This document shows positions 1 through 11,270 of a stretch of 64,000 nt of DNA, piece by piece (within the stretch, counting starts at the first letter, position 1; each line of letters opens with the position of its first letter). The notes under the pieces were generated by a model. It ran no database searches and was not told the DNA's origin. It was given only the letters and a program-made list of their open reading frames with translations. Source of the stretch: Eutreptiella sp. 'Long Island Sound 2002' (lineage: Eukaryota > Protista > Euglenida). The position numbers and the translations under genes were made by a program. Location of the stretch: assembly GCA_964036045.1 (NCBI GenBank), contig OZ038378.1, positions 187,860,001-187,924,000 on the forward strand, written 5' to 3'.

Positions 1-525
1 AAACCAACTGTTCCAAAGATTCGCACCACTGTGCAATAAATACGCAACAAGCGCCCCCCCGCCCGGAAGTGCAAAGGACCGCGCGTTGCAGCCGCCCGCT
101 GAGGTGGGCACCCGCAAGAACGTGGGACAAAAGCCCAAAAGTCGACGCAAAACGCCCAAGGCTCTCAGTGACGACGTCTTTGCGCATGAAATGCAGCAAG
201 AAGGCCACCAATCTTCATTCCGGGGAATATACGGGGGGTGGTTGTTCGTATCCATCTCAAATGATGGATACGATGTTCCATGGTTGAGTACATGTGGGTT
301 GGATCTTGCACAAACCGTGCGACGAATATGGAACGAGACCGAACCGGCGAAAATTGCCGACTACTGAGGATCCGACGCGATTCGTTTGGTGATCTCCGGC
401 CTGGAATCCACGATGTTCGGTGGTGAACAACGTTCGGTGGTGAACCGATAGTGTGTGGAGGGCACTAGACACGGTGGGAGGTGCAGTGGCCCAACTACGA
501 CACACATGAACGAGGGGGCGTCCAC

Positions 526-678
526 CTTTTCCGCGGGATCCATATCGAGGAGAGGCGGCGTACCCCGCAACCCGAGTTCGTTGGCCAAGAGGACGTACAA
601 AGAACCGGCATTCAAATCGTTTCCACAAAAGGAATGGTGGCATCGCTGGCCAACCGTCCGTATCGCTGGCGTGGAATA
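526..678 (-). CDS. Exon 2 of transglutaminase-elicitor-like gene (further 3' exons unresolved)
   Basis: Acceptor TGCAG ends at 679, phase 0. Translation YSTPAIRTVGQRC..NDLNAGSLYVLLANELGLRGTPPLLDMDPAEK matches the family pattern G-x-RC...DLNP(A/G)-x-FHxxLAN-x-LG...D. Putative donor AAG|GTGGAC at 525. Confidence 0.75.
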
Positions 679-1049
679 CTGCACATGGGGTGGGTGTGCA
701 TATGTCTCGGTTCATGTTCTCTGTGAATGTGACGCTCGAGGGGGATCAAAAAAGAGGAGGTGTATGCTTCCCCTTTTGCATTGACTACTTCCCGTTCACT
801 CTTTCTTTGTGTGACTGGTCATTTGGCTTGCTTTGGTCTTGAGTTCACACCATATCCCTTCGTTAGTGCATCGTGGTGCAGATATGCTCTCCGGGATGCC
901 CGCCTTTGGCTCGTGCGGTGAACGCGGCAAGTTTGCTTTGCAATTGAGTTGGACCTCCGTTGACGCAAAGATGGATAAGATAAACCCACGACGGAACGAT
1001 ACACGGCAAAATCGAACATCCTACCAACACTGCTAATGCGTTTTCATAC

Positions 1050-1580
1050 CACTCCCAAAAGGTATGTGAGCAACGCCTTCACGTCGCTGCTGCCGAAGGG
1101 GATTCGAAGCCCGTTGGAGGCGGTAAGAGTGACCGGGCCGGGCTCACGAAATAACATGGACGCTGGGGCCCAACCATGGCAAAGACCGAACCAATCCGGC
1201 ATGAATCGGGATGTGCGACGCCACTCGCTCTTAACCGTTGGGTAATCAAGGCGGTTATTGTAGATGTCAAACTTCTCGGCCGGCGACAATGTTCTCAAAC
1301 CACGAGGACCCATACGTCTCAGTTGGGACAACGAATGGAGGCGGTACCCGAAAGATTGTCCGACTTGCCAACGGTTGGCGATACCACCCTTGTTGCTCGG
1401 CCAATAGTCATCGGACCATGTTGCTCTCCTGGTTCTACCGGAGGACGGCAGAGCTGATAGCGTTTTGACAGGTGCATACCACCATTTGTTCGGATTGTTA
1501 AGCATATCCCACCGAGCACCGCTCACGTAGGCAATCCAAACGACGATGATAAGGAGGAAATGAGGGTGTAAATTCACCAT
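1050..1580 (-). CDS. Exon 1 of secreted transglutaminase-elicitor (GP42/TGase_elicitor-like) protein
   Basis: ATG at 1580 gives MVNLHPHFLLIIVVWIAYVSG (signal-peptide-like). It is followed by WSDDYWP..GGIANRW, LSPAEKFDI, WFGLCHGWAPAS and DVKALL, motifs I recognise from oomycete/bacterial GP42-type transglutaminases. Canonical donor GTATGA starts at 1049 (phase 0). Confidence 0.85.
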
Positions 1581-1605
1581 GGTTCTAGACACGAAAAGTT
1601 GCAAA
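1581..1605 (-). promoter_or_regulatory. Putative SL trans-splice acceptor, 4 nt upstream of the TGase ATG
   Basis: Minus strand reads TTTGCAACTTTTCGTGTCTAG|AACC-ATG: a pyrimidine tract, AG at 1586-1585, then 4 nt before the ATG. Confidence 0.55.
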
Positions 1606-2620
1606 GAATGCCACCCGCACACCTTGGAATTTTAGCACCATGTAGTGAGTGTGGTGCCTTGCACGCACGTTTGCTTTTGTCTTTCAACTTTTGCCGCAAA
1701 TCTCAATGCTTTGAAAAGCCACCACCAGAGAAACGTCCACCCCGACGCTCAGCAGCATGGCATGTGCATGACACCTACAACTCGCCAAAATCCCATGCCC
1801 ATATTGTATCACCACAAGGCCACTCGTGAGTCAGCGCTCATTTGCACGGTGTGCTCAGTAGGACCACTATTCATTGCGATTGAGTTTCCATTCCTTTAAA
1901 GGTGGTGCCATGGAACTTTTGGAGCGTACCTCAATGGCTCTTGGTTGTAGGTTCCACTTGCGTGGTGTTTGCCACACCGAGAATGATATGTTTATCTCCT
2001 TGGTCGTCTCACTTGAAGTGGTGTGCGCCAGTTTTGAAGCCTATGCCGCAAGTCCTTAGATGCTGTGAACGTGGCCATTTTTTCGAGACCATCGTTCGTC
2101 ACATTCCTAAAGGCACAAAAGTTTGCAATCGCAATGGCAAAATTACGCAATGGCAAAATTACGCATTGCGAGTTGGTTGTAGCCCGGAATTGCGGAAGCT
2201 TCTTTGGGAATCAACAACCGGTGCCCGTGCACTAAACATGGTTTGCTTGAAAAAAGGCCACAAATTGTGCCCGAACGGCTTCTCAAAAAAAAAAAAAAAC
2301 ACACACTTTGCAATCGCACTTTATAAAGTATACTTTGCAACTTGTTGCAAATTTTGTTGTCAAACAAAAGGCCAAAATTCGCTCATTGCCCCTAAAAACA
2401 CCCAAAAGATAGAAAAACGCCTTTTCTTTAAAGGCAACAAAGTTTTCAATCTCAATTGCAAAATTACACTTGCAAATTGGTTGTCTTTATCCCAGAATTG
2501 TGGAAGATTCATTGGGGATCAACGTTTGGTGGAACAGAACACGCAAGAGGTGAGATAAGGATACCACGATCACGAAAATGTCATTGTTCATTTGTGAGTT
2601 GGTGAGTCTCATAAGGGGAT

Positions 2621-4460
2621 TTACTCTAGTGTATAAAATACAAGACCGGTGGCTGATAAGAGACCGGGGTGGGTTTTGGAAGCCTTGCACGAACACTTCC
2701 TATTGCAACCGGGTTCATATTAAGAGACCGGGTTGTCAGCGGTGGAGAGGGCGGGCAACCACTGTGCAATACAGCCTCCAGGCGCTCTCTGAGCTACTGC
2801 TTCTTCTTGCCTGTCACCTTCAGTTTGCCTCCATAGGCATTGTACTGCTTGATAGCCTGTGTTAGAACTGCTTTGGTTACCTTCCCTTGGACCTGGGGCA
2901 CCAAACCCACCATTTGCAAGTGCTGCAGGAGGTGTTGGTCCTTGGCAAGTTTTTCAAGTTTTGCCCTCTTATTGGCATTCTCGTGGAGCAGCTTGCCTCA
3001 CATTACCTCAAAGAATCACCTCACATTGTGCTCAGGGTGCCCCAGCCTTTCTCTACCTCTCTTCCTGTGTGTCACCAGGTCCTCACGAGCTACTTCGTCA
3101 TGGTAAGGGGACCTGTGGCACTGAACCCAGGCTGCAATCAGTTGCATTCGCATGTGAGGGCATCTGTCCAGGAGCCTTCTCATGTAATGAAACACAGACT
3201 CTCCCCAACGATTGGTGCCACAGATTGAGGTTGGTACCTTCACTTCAAGCAATGGCACGAGGTGTGTTTTTAACGTCTGCTTGAGTGAGTCTACAAGAAT
3301 GCGACAGATGGTCAGCTGAGTGAAATCTAACACAACGCTGCCATAAACAAGATTCCTGCTGACTACGAGTTCAGGGCGTGCATCCCATTGGTTGACCAGA
3401 ACCAGTAGGTTTTTTTTTGCATTGCACAGCAATGTCCGGACAGGGACAATACTAGAACCAGTAGGTTGCGAAGCCAGGCGTGACACCTGATACCCTGTTG
3501 ACGAAACATTACCAAGCTGATATGAAGCTTTTAGGACCTGACTCATACACCAGTGTAAAATGCACATAAAGGCGAACAAGTGCTGACCTACCGTCGAAAG
3601 CAACAGCGATAGTTCAAACGACCTCCAGAACGGGCGAAATACACGTCAAAATCGACATCGCGTTACAGCCTATATAGGACACAGTCTCGAAATCTTCACA
3701 TCAAAGGGCATTCATCCATCGTCTCGGCAGGTCTAAAGGCGAAAAGTTCCAAATCCCAATTTAAGCCCTCAAAATGGCGCGTCGCACGCGATTTCACGAT
3801 CTGGTGGTGACACTGGTGTCCACAACATTTGCAATTCTGCGGATAACACTTGCGGCCTGTAAGCATGCTGCACCACATTGCGGCTTGCAATCATCATTTG
3901 TCGCACACACCGGCACACATGCAATCCGGATCCGCATCCGGATTTGTGCCCAAACACATCTTAATTCTAGTGAGCTCAAGAGTACGGTCAAGACTACGGA
4001 TGGAGAGCAACCCGACGTGAGTGCCCGAATGCGCCCACAATCACAATGGAAACAATCGGTATTCCTAGCTACACCAACACACATGGTTCTTCAACAACCT
4101 CACAAATCGCATTAAGTTCATATTTGTTTGGTGTGATGGGTTGCTTCAAGTGTAGGTCAGCGTTTTCGAAGGGCTGTACTCCAATCACTGGCGCCTGCTC
4201 TCTGCCAGAAGGCACTGTTTTATGCTTCCACAGTGCAGGGAGTTGCCAGTAATCTGTGCAATATTGTCCAGGAACTTTCCTATAAGGGCTACCCCACTTC
4301 CTGGTGGGTCCCTCAATTATACCGCGTATTACACATGGCCCCAGGGCGACTTCAGGACCTGGGTGTGGATGACGCGGTCATGGAGGGGATGCCAGCCATT
4401 CGGGCCTCCCTGTCCGGCCTGCTGAAAGGCCCATGTGCACATTCCATGGGGCGTGACACA
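2621..4460 (-). mobile_element. Degenerate pogo/Tc1-mariner-like DNA transposon relic
   Basis: Minus-strand frames near 4440-4140 give broken HTH-like text (REARMAGIP / LHDRVIH / LIGKFLDNIAQI). Frames near 3000-2760 give a stop-riddled C-terminus ending in a SAP-like motif (TKAVLTQAIKQYNAYGGKLKVTGKKKQ*LRERLEAVL). A TA followed by three AAGA(GA)CCGG subterminal repeats lies at 2623-2731. No DDE core and no second TIR were found. Confidence 0.4.
3398..3467 (-). mobile_element. 42-bp poly(A)-tailed insertion flanked by a 14-bp target-site duplication
   Basis: AGAACCAGTAGGTT occurs at 3398-3411 and 3454-3467. The insert between them starts with a T-run (A-tail on the minus strand). Confidence 0.75.
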
Positions 4461-5321
4461 CAGGTATTTGGGTATTCATGATGAGCCCCTCTCATGGCCT
4501 CCTCGCCGTGCCAGTTGCGCTGCGCGCTGCCACGGCACGGCTCAAAGTCCATGAGTACTTGTGTATTGCATGCAACATGGTGTGTGGCTCAAATGAGCAA
4601 TTTTCTGGTTCCCGAAAGCATGTGTCACATTGTACTTCACAGAGTGCTATGGGCGCAAGCCATTATTGCTTTGTTGCTTTCAACATCCTGCTTGCTTAAG
4701 TCCTGCTGACGAGGGTACCCAGAAATAGTATTGCAAATATTGGGAAGACGCCACGCATTACAACAACGGGCACAAGCGAAACAGAGAATCTCAAATGGCC
4801 ATAAGCCCGTTCAAAGTAGCATTCTAGTTTGTAGGCTCAACGCACGGTTGGTTGAAAGATCAAGCGAAAGATGAAGCATGACCCTCGTTCGGTAATGTGT
4901 TAACGGCTGGCTCATGCTTTTTGTGCACCCATCCTTACCAAAGGGTTCAACACGTAAACTTAGAAGGATGTTTTCGGAAAAGCTGTGACTTGCATTCTTA
5001 CTTCGGCCATGGCAATGCGTTGTCTTGGTATTATGCGCGATGGAATTTTAAAACCGGCGCAAGAGAATGCGTCATAGTTGCATCGTGACGGAAAACAACC
5101 CCATCCTACATTGCCCCATGGAGACGCGAATGTAGTATCCACTTGGAGGCAAATCACTTCTGACCCACGTGTGTGTTTGGCACTTGTGTTGAACGTGCCC
5201 TTGCAAATTGCAAATGCAAATGCACCTTCGTTTGCATTTGCTTATCCAATCGCATGTCTGACTTGACACAAAACTTCGTACGAAGTGCAACACACGACTT
5301 GATGTGCATGCAATCCTTTCG

Positions 5322-5955
5322 AAAAGGTCTCGATGACAAAAGTGCTGTTCCGTGAACACATTCTCGCATCATGTCTCCCTAAAACGTGCCATCGAACGGC
5401 CACAGAGAGCTATGATAGGTTGCTCGCTCTAACTCAAATTGTCTTTGACGGGCTAGCGGCTTCGACCTCGTGATGACCAAATGGCACAGCCATTTAACAC
5501 TTTCGCTGTGTGCCCTTGCAAACTGTAGGGTTACCGGAACCGGGCGTATCAGGCCACTATCATCGTTGCGGCGCGGTGGACGGAGTTAGACAGCTCTAGC
5601 TACACTCAATTTTTAATGTCCACGTGGGTTTAAGACACATATTTGTACATCACACGTACACACAAGGCATACGGTTGCATAATAGATTGCACGAGCCTTA
5701 ATTTAGCAAGCCCATGACCACGTGCACAATCACCCCTAGTGGAGTGTTCTCGAGGTCGCAATCCTTTCCACCACGTCTCGATGACAAAAATTGCCGTCCG
5801 TGAACGGCATCATGTCTCCCTAACCCGTGCTCCTTGTGTTGTTCCATCAAACGAAAATCAAAAAGTGCCATCAAACGGCCACGAAGAGGCATGTTTATCG
5901 GTCCATCTCACTTTGTTCGTGTTGCGGGCTAGCGGTTTCGATGTGGTGATGACTG
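5322..5955 (+). repeat. Diverged direct repeat pair (5322-5478 and 5773-5955)
   Basis: Shared colinear blocks GTCTCGATGACAAAA, CCGTGAAC, GCATCATGTCTCCCTAA, GTGCCATCxAACGGCCAC and CGGGCTAGCGGxTTCGA. Confidence 0.75.
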
Positions 5956-6033
5956 AGGTGATGAATGCAAACCTTGGGGTGCACTTGTGTGCCTTTGCCG
6001 CCATTTGTCTGATAGACACCTTGATCTCTACTC

Positions 6034-6642
6034 ATGATTTCCATGTACGACCGGGTTGGCTTCCAGGGGTGGACATTGGCTGACGGCAAGGCCCTTCAAG
6101 TCACGGAGCTCGTCCCCGAAGGCCCTGCCCAGAAAGCGGGCATTCTAGCGAAGGACTTGGTCATCGACGTGAAGGGCCACGAGTCGCCCTCCGAGGCATT
6201 CGCTGGCGCTGAAGTTGGCACTGTGCTCTTCCTTGAGGTGATTCGGGTGGATGCGGGGGAGTCCCAAACTGTCGTCATCCCGGTTGTGGCAGGGCGTAGC
6301 GACGGGCTTGAAATCCGCACCGTGGACGATATTGACCGCATCCTCCGTGCTCCTCAGCTCCTACAAGGACTGTCCAAGGAGGTCCGGGCGCTGGCCGTCC
6401 ACGACGGGTCATTGCGTCGCGGAGATGCGGCAACGCCAGCGCAGCTGCAAGCGGCTCTTTGGCAGTTCATCCCGGATGAGCTAACCCACGCGGTTGCCGA
6501 TGACGCCGTTACCAAGGTTTTGCAACACCACGCCGCGTATTTCGGTGTTGAAAGTCCGCTACCGCACTTGATTGAAGAGCTGATGCGGCTTGTCCAGGAC
6601 TGCAACGCCCCGCACGTGCCGCGAGCTGCCGACAACACTTTG
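6034..6642 (+). CDS. PDZ-domain protein, exon 1 (start at ATG 6034 or 6043)
   Basis: RVGFQG..LQVTELVPEGPAQKAGILAKDLVIDVKG..VGTVLFLEVIR fits the PDZ signature (GF..V..V..GGPA..AG+..GD.I..V.G). It is followed by a helical region. Donor TTG|GTGTGA at 6643 sits just before the in-frame stop. Confidence 0.75.
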
Positions 6643-6694
6643 GTGTGACTCCCGTGTGACTCTCATATCGACCTAATACCGCGACTCGAGATAG

Positions 6695-6786
6695 CAACAA
6701 CGACTTGACCGCGTCTCCATACTGCGGCGATTTACGGCGTCGAGGACAGGGGTAGATGCCCCTTTCCGGATCGTGATCGAGGAGAC
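6695..6786 (+). CDS. PDZ protein, putative exon 2
   Basis: A 52-nt intron 6643-6694 has a CTAAT branch-like motif and a TAG acceptor. The open phase-0 reading QQRLDRVSILRRFTASRTGVDAPFRIVIEE ends at a perfect GTAAGT donor at 6787. Confidence 0.55.
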
Positions 6787-7409
6787 GTAAGTTAAAAAAA
6801 AAGTTGGAGCCCTCCGGGCTGCAGCCAAACGCATTTGAATGGTTGGTGGGATGCCTGAGAAGTCGCTAGATTTTATTTTCCTCATTATTGTTTTTTGGCG
6901 GTCACCGGAAACAGTGAACGGTGAAACGAAACATGCCCTGAACTCTTGTGCACCACCATCAGCGTTCTGCACCACACATGTTTATGTATGCCTTCAACAC
7001 AGCATAATTGTTGGTTTTTGATCGTTGATTGCAAGCCCATCGCCAACAAGTCCATAACGACATGACACCATAAACCACCTTCCCTAGTTCTTGTGATTTG
7101 AATGGCTCTGTCCCTCCTGGCCTTCAACACAACGGGACACGACGCGACACGACACAACACAAGAACACGGAACAATGGATGCGAGACCGTTTTTGCACGA
7201 TTTTGATATACCAACGGGAACGTGAAACCTCATTTTCGCGACCCCCAACCAAGTGAGCAGCTGTCATTCCATGTGACCCACGAACCAAATGTCATGTGGT
7301 CTGAACGGGGCCGGAATAGGGCACGTACGTGGCGTAGAGGGGGCAATTACGAGGTGGTCCAGCATGGCCAGAGGTGTTCATATGTGAATTGGACGCTGGT
7401 GCGCCCCAG

Positions 7410-7609
7410 TGTCCAATCCCGCTTTTGTTACTGGACGCTGGGGTGCATCATTCACCAGGCCCTCATCCCCTATGCAGGATCTACCTGCTTGCTATGTGCC
7501 CGCCTGTCGTTGCACGCCGAGGTCGCAAATGGATCCGTCCGATACAATTGTGGTTGTTGAAATCGGAAACATGCCCCTTGGATATGTCACAAGAAAGCGG
7601 TCCATTTGA
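7410..7609 (+). CDS. Possible exon with a HIRAN-like motif
   Basis: A CCCCAG acceptor ends at 7409. The reading frame contains TPRSQMDPSDTIVVVEIGNMPLGYVTRK, resembling the HIRAN EPxNxxDxxAVxV...LGYVxR motif. There is an in-frame TGA at 7607-7609 and the link to other exons is unresolved. Confidence 0.3.
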
Positions 7610-7849
7610 CCGCGAAATGAGGCACGTGGCCCACGATCACCTCTGTTTGAAGTTTTTGATTCTGGTTCTGCAGTTCTTGAGTGTGGCCTGCTGCGTGCTC
7701 CGTGTGGGGTCCTGATCCATAGCCAGAGGGCGAAATCACCCTGGCCCCGGCGCACGCCATTGCTTCGTCGGACCTCCCAGGGGGTGAAGAGGTGGGTGGG
7801 TGGGTTCAACCCAATTTTGGGCCATTCCCAGTCATGCCTCCCCCCAGCG

Positions 7850-8150
7850 CCCTCCGTTTCCGTTGGCACAACCTACCAAGGGAGAGGAAATGGAAGTAGA
7901 GAGGGAATCAAAGGGCAATGAAGGCAAGGAAGGACACAGGATGGTGAGAGGCCTACGGAGGTAAAGACCAAGGGAAAGGAAAGGGAAGTAGAGAGGGTGA
8001 GATAGGGCAAGGAGGAAGAGGAAGGATACAAGGTGGTGAGAGGCGCACCACCGCCTATGGACGGAATGGGTCCAAGGGAAGGGCAGCGAATTATGATTGG
8101 CCAGTAGGCGCCACCAGCCGCAGACGAGAACAATACACCATGGCGTCACC
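7850..8150 (-). repeat. Dispersed purine/pyrimidine-skewed repeat, homologous to 46760-47050 (opposite orientation)
   Basis: Shared blocks TGACGCCATGGTG, GGCGCCTACTGGCC, GCTGCCCTTCCCTTGGACCC and GTTGTGCCAACGGA. ORFs 7832..8149(-) and 46753..47229(+) translate alike (MTPWC..WRLLA..SLPFPWT). Confidence 0.85.
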
Positions 8151-8620
8151 CCCCCCCCCCCCCCAGGAGTGGGGTCCGCTTATTTTGGATCGTGGGCGGT
8201 GGACGATTGGGAATGGTTACCACGGAAGCTCCGGCGTTGGAGGTAGCCCTTGCGGAGGATGCAGAGGATATATGGGTCTGCCTTTGCTTTTGGGCTGGGC
8301 TGACCTGAGCAGACCCCACCCCCTGTCCGGGTGGGCGGGAGCTGACTAGGGGCCAAAACCACCCCTACCCCGGGGGTCCGTCAGCAATGGCCTGCCCCGG
8401 CGACGGCATGAGGGACCCGAGGGACAGCAGCTGCTCAAGGGAATCCACAAAGCTCGGGCTGTGTGCCCTTTCCTCCAACTGACAACAGGGTTTCCCCCAG
8501 GGTCCACCTCTGATTCCCTGCCCCCAGGCATGGGGATGTCTGTAATGCCTGAGGTATGTACCAGCTGCTTCCTGGTGGTTTGGGTCTGCGACTCGACCTC
8601 GGAGCCTTCAACCACCGCAG

Positions 8621-9130
8621 GTGGCCATACATGACCTCGAAGCCGCCGACAAGGCGGATCGGCTGCGGCTCGCCAAACGGAAGAAGAGGCTGATGGCCGT
8701 GCTCGCCGTGGGTCGCTGCATTCAGATTGTGCTCACTGCGCTCGTCGCCGTCGTGTTCATCGTGCAGTACGCGTACGCGCACGACGAGCCATGCGCGCGT
8801 CCCCTGCCGGAATGGCTGCTCGTGTGGGGCGTGTCCATGCTCCTGCTCATGCCACTGGGGTGGGTCGTCAGGGCGGACACGGCGCAGAATCGTAGGCCGG
8901 GCATGGCCTTCCTGAGCCTCGTCAGCTGCTTGGGGGGCGTGTTCCTGTTCGCGTGGTTCATCGTGGGGAACGTGTGGGTGTTCAGCACGCACCCCGACCC
9001 CGCACAGCCGATGTATTGCAACCGCATGGTCTGGCTGTGGAGCCTGTACTGGGTCGTCTTCTGCTACATTATTATTGTGGTCCCTTGCTGTTGCATGTGC
9101 GCGGCGTTCTACGTTGCGCGCCTGCGCTAA
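8621..9130 (+). CDS. TMEM272-like four-transmembrane protein, terminal exon (5' exon unresolved)
   Basis: Acceptor CCGCAG|G at 8620/8621, GC-rich codon third positions, four hydrophobic segments, and the motifs C..PLPEWLLVWG and F.FAWFIVGNVWVF...C typical of the TMEM272/RING-associated TM family. Stop TAA at 9128-9130. Confidence 0.8.
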   Translation: MAIHDLEAADKADRLRLAKRKKRLMAVLAVGRCIQIVLTALVAVVFIVQYAYAHDEPCARPLPEWLLVWGVSMLLLMPLGWVVRADTAQNRRPGMAFLSLVSCLGGVFLFAWFIVGNVWVFSTHPDPAQPMYCNRMVWLWSLYWVVFCYIIIVVPCCCMCAAFYVARLR

Positions 9131-11139
9131 GGTTCTGTGCGAGTGCGAGCTCTGACACGGCCAGGCCGCTGCTTCCGCGCAGCAGTCTGTGTTGCATGTC
9201 TGCAGGACTGTTCTTTGAGGGCGGGATCTTTTTTCATCTTATTCTCACTCATGGTGATAGACTTCAAATGGATGTATTAGCGGATGTTTTGAAAGGCGTG
9301 CGTGTTCTCGAGGTCACGCCGTTGCCGACATGAGGGCTAGCCAGTGGACACACGCTTGGCCAAAAAGGCGAGCTGTGGCTTTGGGTGGATGAGAATTTGT
9401 CAAGGCCTCACCTGTGTTGCTTTGACGCCGAGGGCCCAGGGATCTTTTGACCCAGAAGTAGCAGACGTAGGGGAATGGTGAAAGGCTGGTCTGCAGGCCA
9501 TAGGAGCCCCTTCTTGTTTGGTTTGGTCCTCACCCGAAAGAACAAAAAAGTGAGGGAGGACGAGGTGTGGTGGGCTTGTAGTACTGTGTAGTTGTGGGAT
9601 TGTGTCGCTAGAGGCGTGTGCAGGCGTGCGTGCGTGCGTGCGTGCACGCGCGTCGCGTAGGTCTCCTGTCCGAAAAGCCCACGGTGTATTTGAAGCGTCT
9701 GCGCACGCATGGCGCACGTGTGGACATGCACGATGATGCCCACACACCAACGCAAATACAGTGCCCGCAGAAAGGGAAGGAGTGTGGGCGCAGCCCTTCA
9801 GGTGCGGCTGACAGCACTAAGTGCGGGCGAGATTGGAAAGACTCAGCCCTCAGCCTCGCTGGTTTGGTTTTTGCCCCCAAATTTTTGTTGGGTAATGCGT
9901 CATATTTTGAACTTGAAGCCCACAAACTTTGGGCGAATGATCGTAGTGGTGACGGCCCGTGGTATGTGTGTGGCAAAAGCTGAGGTGCTGAGTTCCGAAG
10001 AGTGGCAAAATAGCCATTGCCATCCTTTGCATTGGCTGCATTTGGCTCCCACCACGAACATTTTTTTAAACAACACCGTGTACCACCTTTTGGTGCTCTG
10101 TTGCCTAGCCATCACAACCATAGACGTTCTAATCAAGGTGATGGAAGGGATGGCCCCAGGCAGCCGCTGGTGCCTCACCGATAAGCTTGACCCCTTGAAC
10201 CCAGTTCTTTTCGCTGACTCCAAGCGGTTTCCCTCAAATATGATCTTTCTATGCCCCCCCTATCGAGCTGTGTTCCAAGGAGATGACCTCGGAGGTTGCT
10301 GGGCAGCTACCCCTTGCAAAACAGCAAGCTGGACTGGAATACGCCTAGGCTCTCCTTGGTATGAAGGTTCTTTGCACCTCGCGGCAAGGGGACTGCAGGG
10401 AAGGGTCTCCCTTCTCTTACCCTGCAACACCCTTGAAGGGCTAGCGTCCTTCTTGCTATGATGCCCACACCCATGCTGCACACAGGTGCATTATTACTTT
10501 TTCCTTTTTTGCAATGTGTTCCCCAAAAGGAAAGTTAATGGCCCTCTTTGCCCATGGGAACACGTGGCGCTGGCCAACAGCTCTGCCACCACGCGCATCC
10601 ACCCCCCCGGCCAATCCCTCCAGCGCACCCTCCTGCCTGGCAGCCCCAAAGCAGTGGCCCCCATGTGTCTGGCCTTGGGAATTCTGGCGTTTGGACCACT
10701 GATGAGGATTCCTGACCCTCAAAACCAGGGACCTGTTTACCGACAGCCGCAGGGGAGATCCTCCCAAACGATGTGTCCTGAGTGCCGGGCGTCCGTATTG
10801 GACCACCGCACACCACGTGCCAAAATACCTTGCCATCCGTGCCCCTATCCGAGCCCCACTCTTGCCCTTCTCGAGGATGATCGTCAGTACCAGGCTCTTG
10901 CGATGGCCAGAGAGGGATGGCACAGTCAACAAGGCTTCACGCCCTCGGGGACCCTCCCATATTCCGATGCTTGTGTGGATTGTTGTACATAGTAAAACCC
11001 ATGAATCCTGCTGCAGATCATCGCATACGGCGTACTGTTGTATAACGCTACCGCAATTTGGATGTCTCATTGTTGTTTACAATGCCAGCCCACACAAGTA
11101 ATCCAGGATTTTCCTGTTTTACTCTCGCACTTGCCGTTT

Positions 11140-11270
11140 GACAGGAGTTCCACTGCCCGCTGCCCCTGAGCAGTGCAGCAATTTACCGCTGGAGTGTCAC
11201 TGCCCACTGCCCCCAGGCAGTGCGGCAGTGTACCGCAGGACTTCCACTGCCCACTGCCCCAAGGCTGATG
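11140..11270 (+). repeat. Short patch of the 47-bp CCACTGCCC hairpin satellite
   Basis: GGAGTTCCACTGCCC...GCAGTG units, same family as the 14.6-19.3 kb arrays. Confidence 0.75.

Noticed and set aside
1-525. Exon 3 of the transglutaminase, and the + strand ORF 86..367
   Set aside because: No acceptor/frame combination gave a convincing family motif (no VWNQP or GGEW). The + ORF has no recognisable motif and may be an antisense shadow.
1902-2558. 218-aa ORF
   Set aside because: It runs through AT-rich TTGCAA-type repeats and a 16-nt duplication, with no domain motif or splice signals.
5953-6012. Box C/D snoRNA candidate (GTGATGA...CTGA)
   Set aside because: No terminal stem or checkable rRNA guide was seen, and it overlaps a dispersed repeat. 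Such short motifs occur by chance.
361-7609. Stop-codon reassignment (in-frame TAG at 361-363 and TGA at 7607-7609 inside protein-like frames)
   Set aside because: Well-supported genes end normally at TGA/TAA (44925, 9128). Two weak cases are better explained by introns or decay.
8435-8992. Minus-strand ORFs overlapping real exons (also 21761..22477, 26239..26841, 43398..44069)
   Set aside because: They are antisense shadows of GC-rich coding exons on the other strand.
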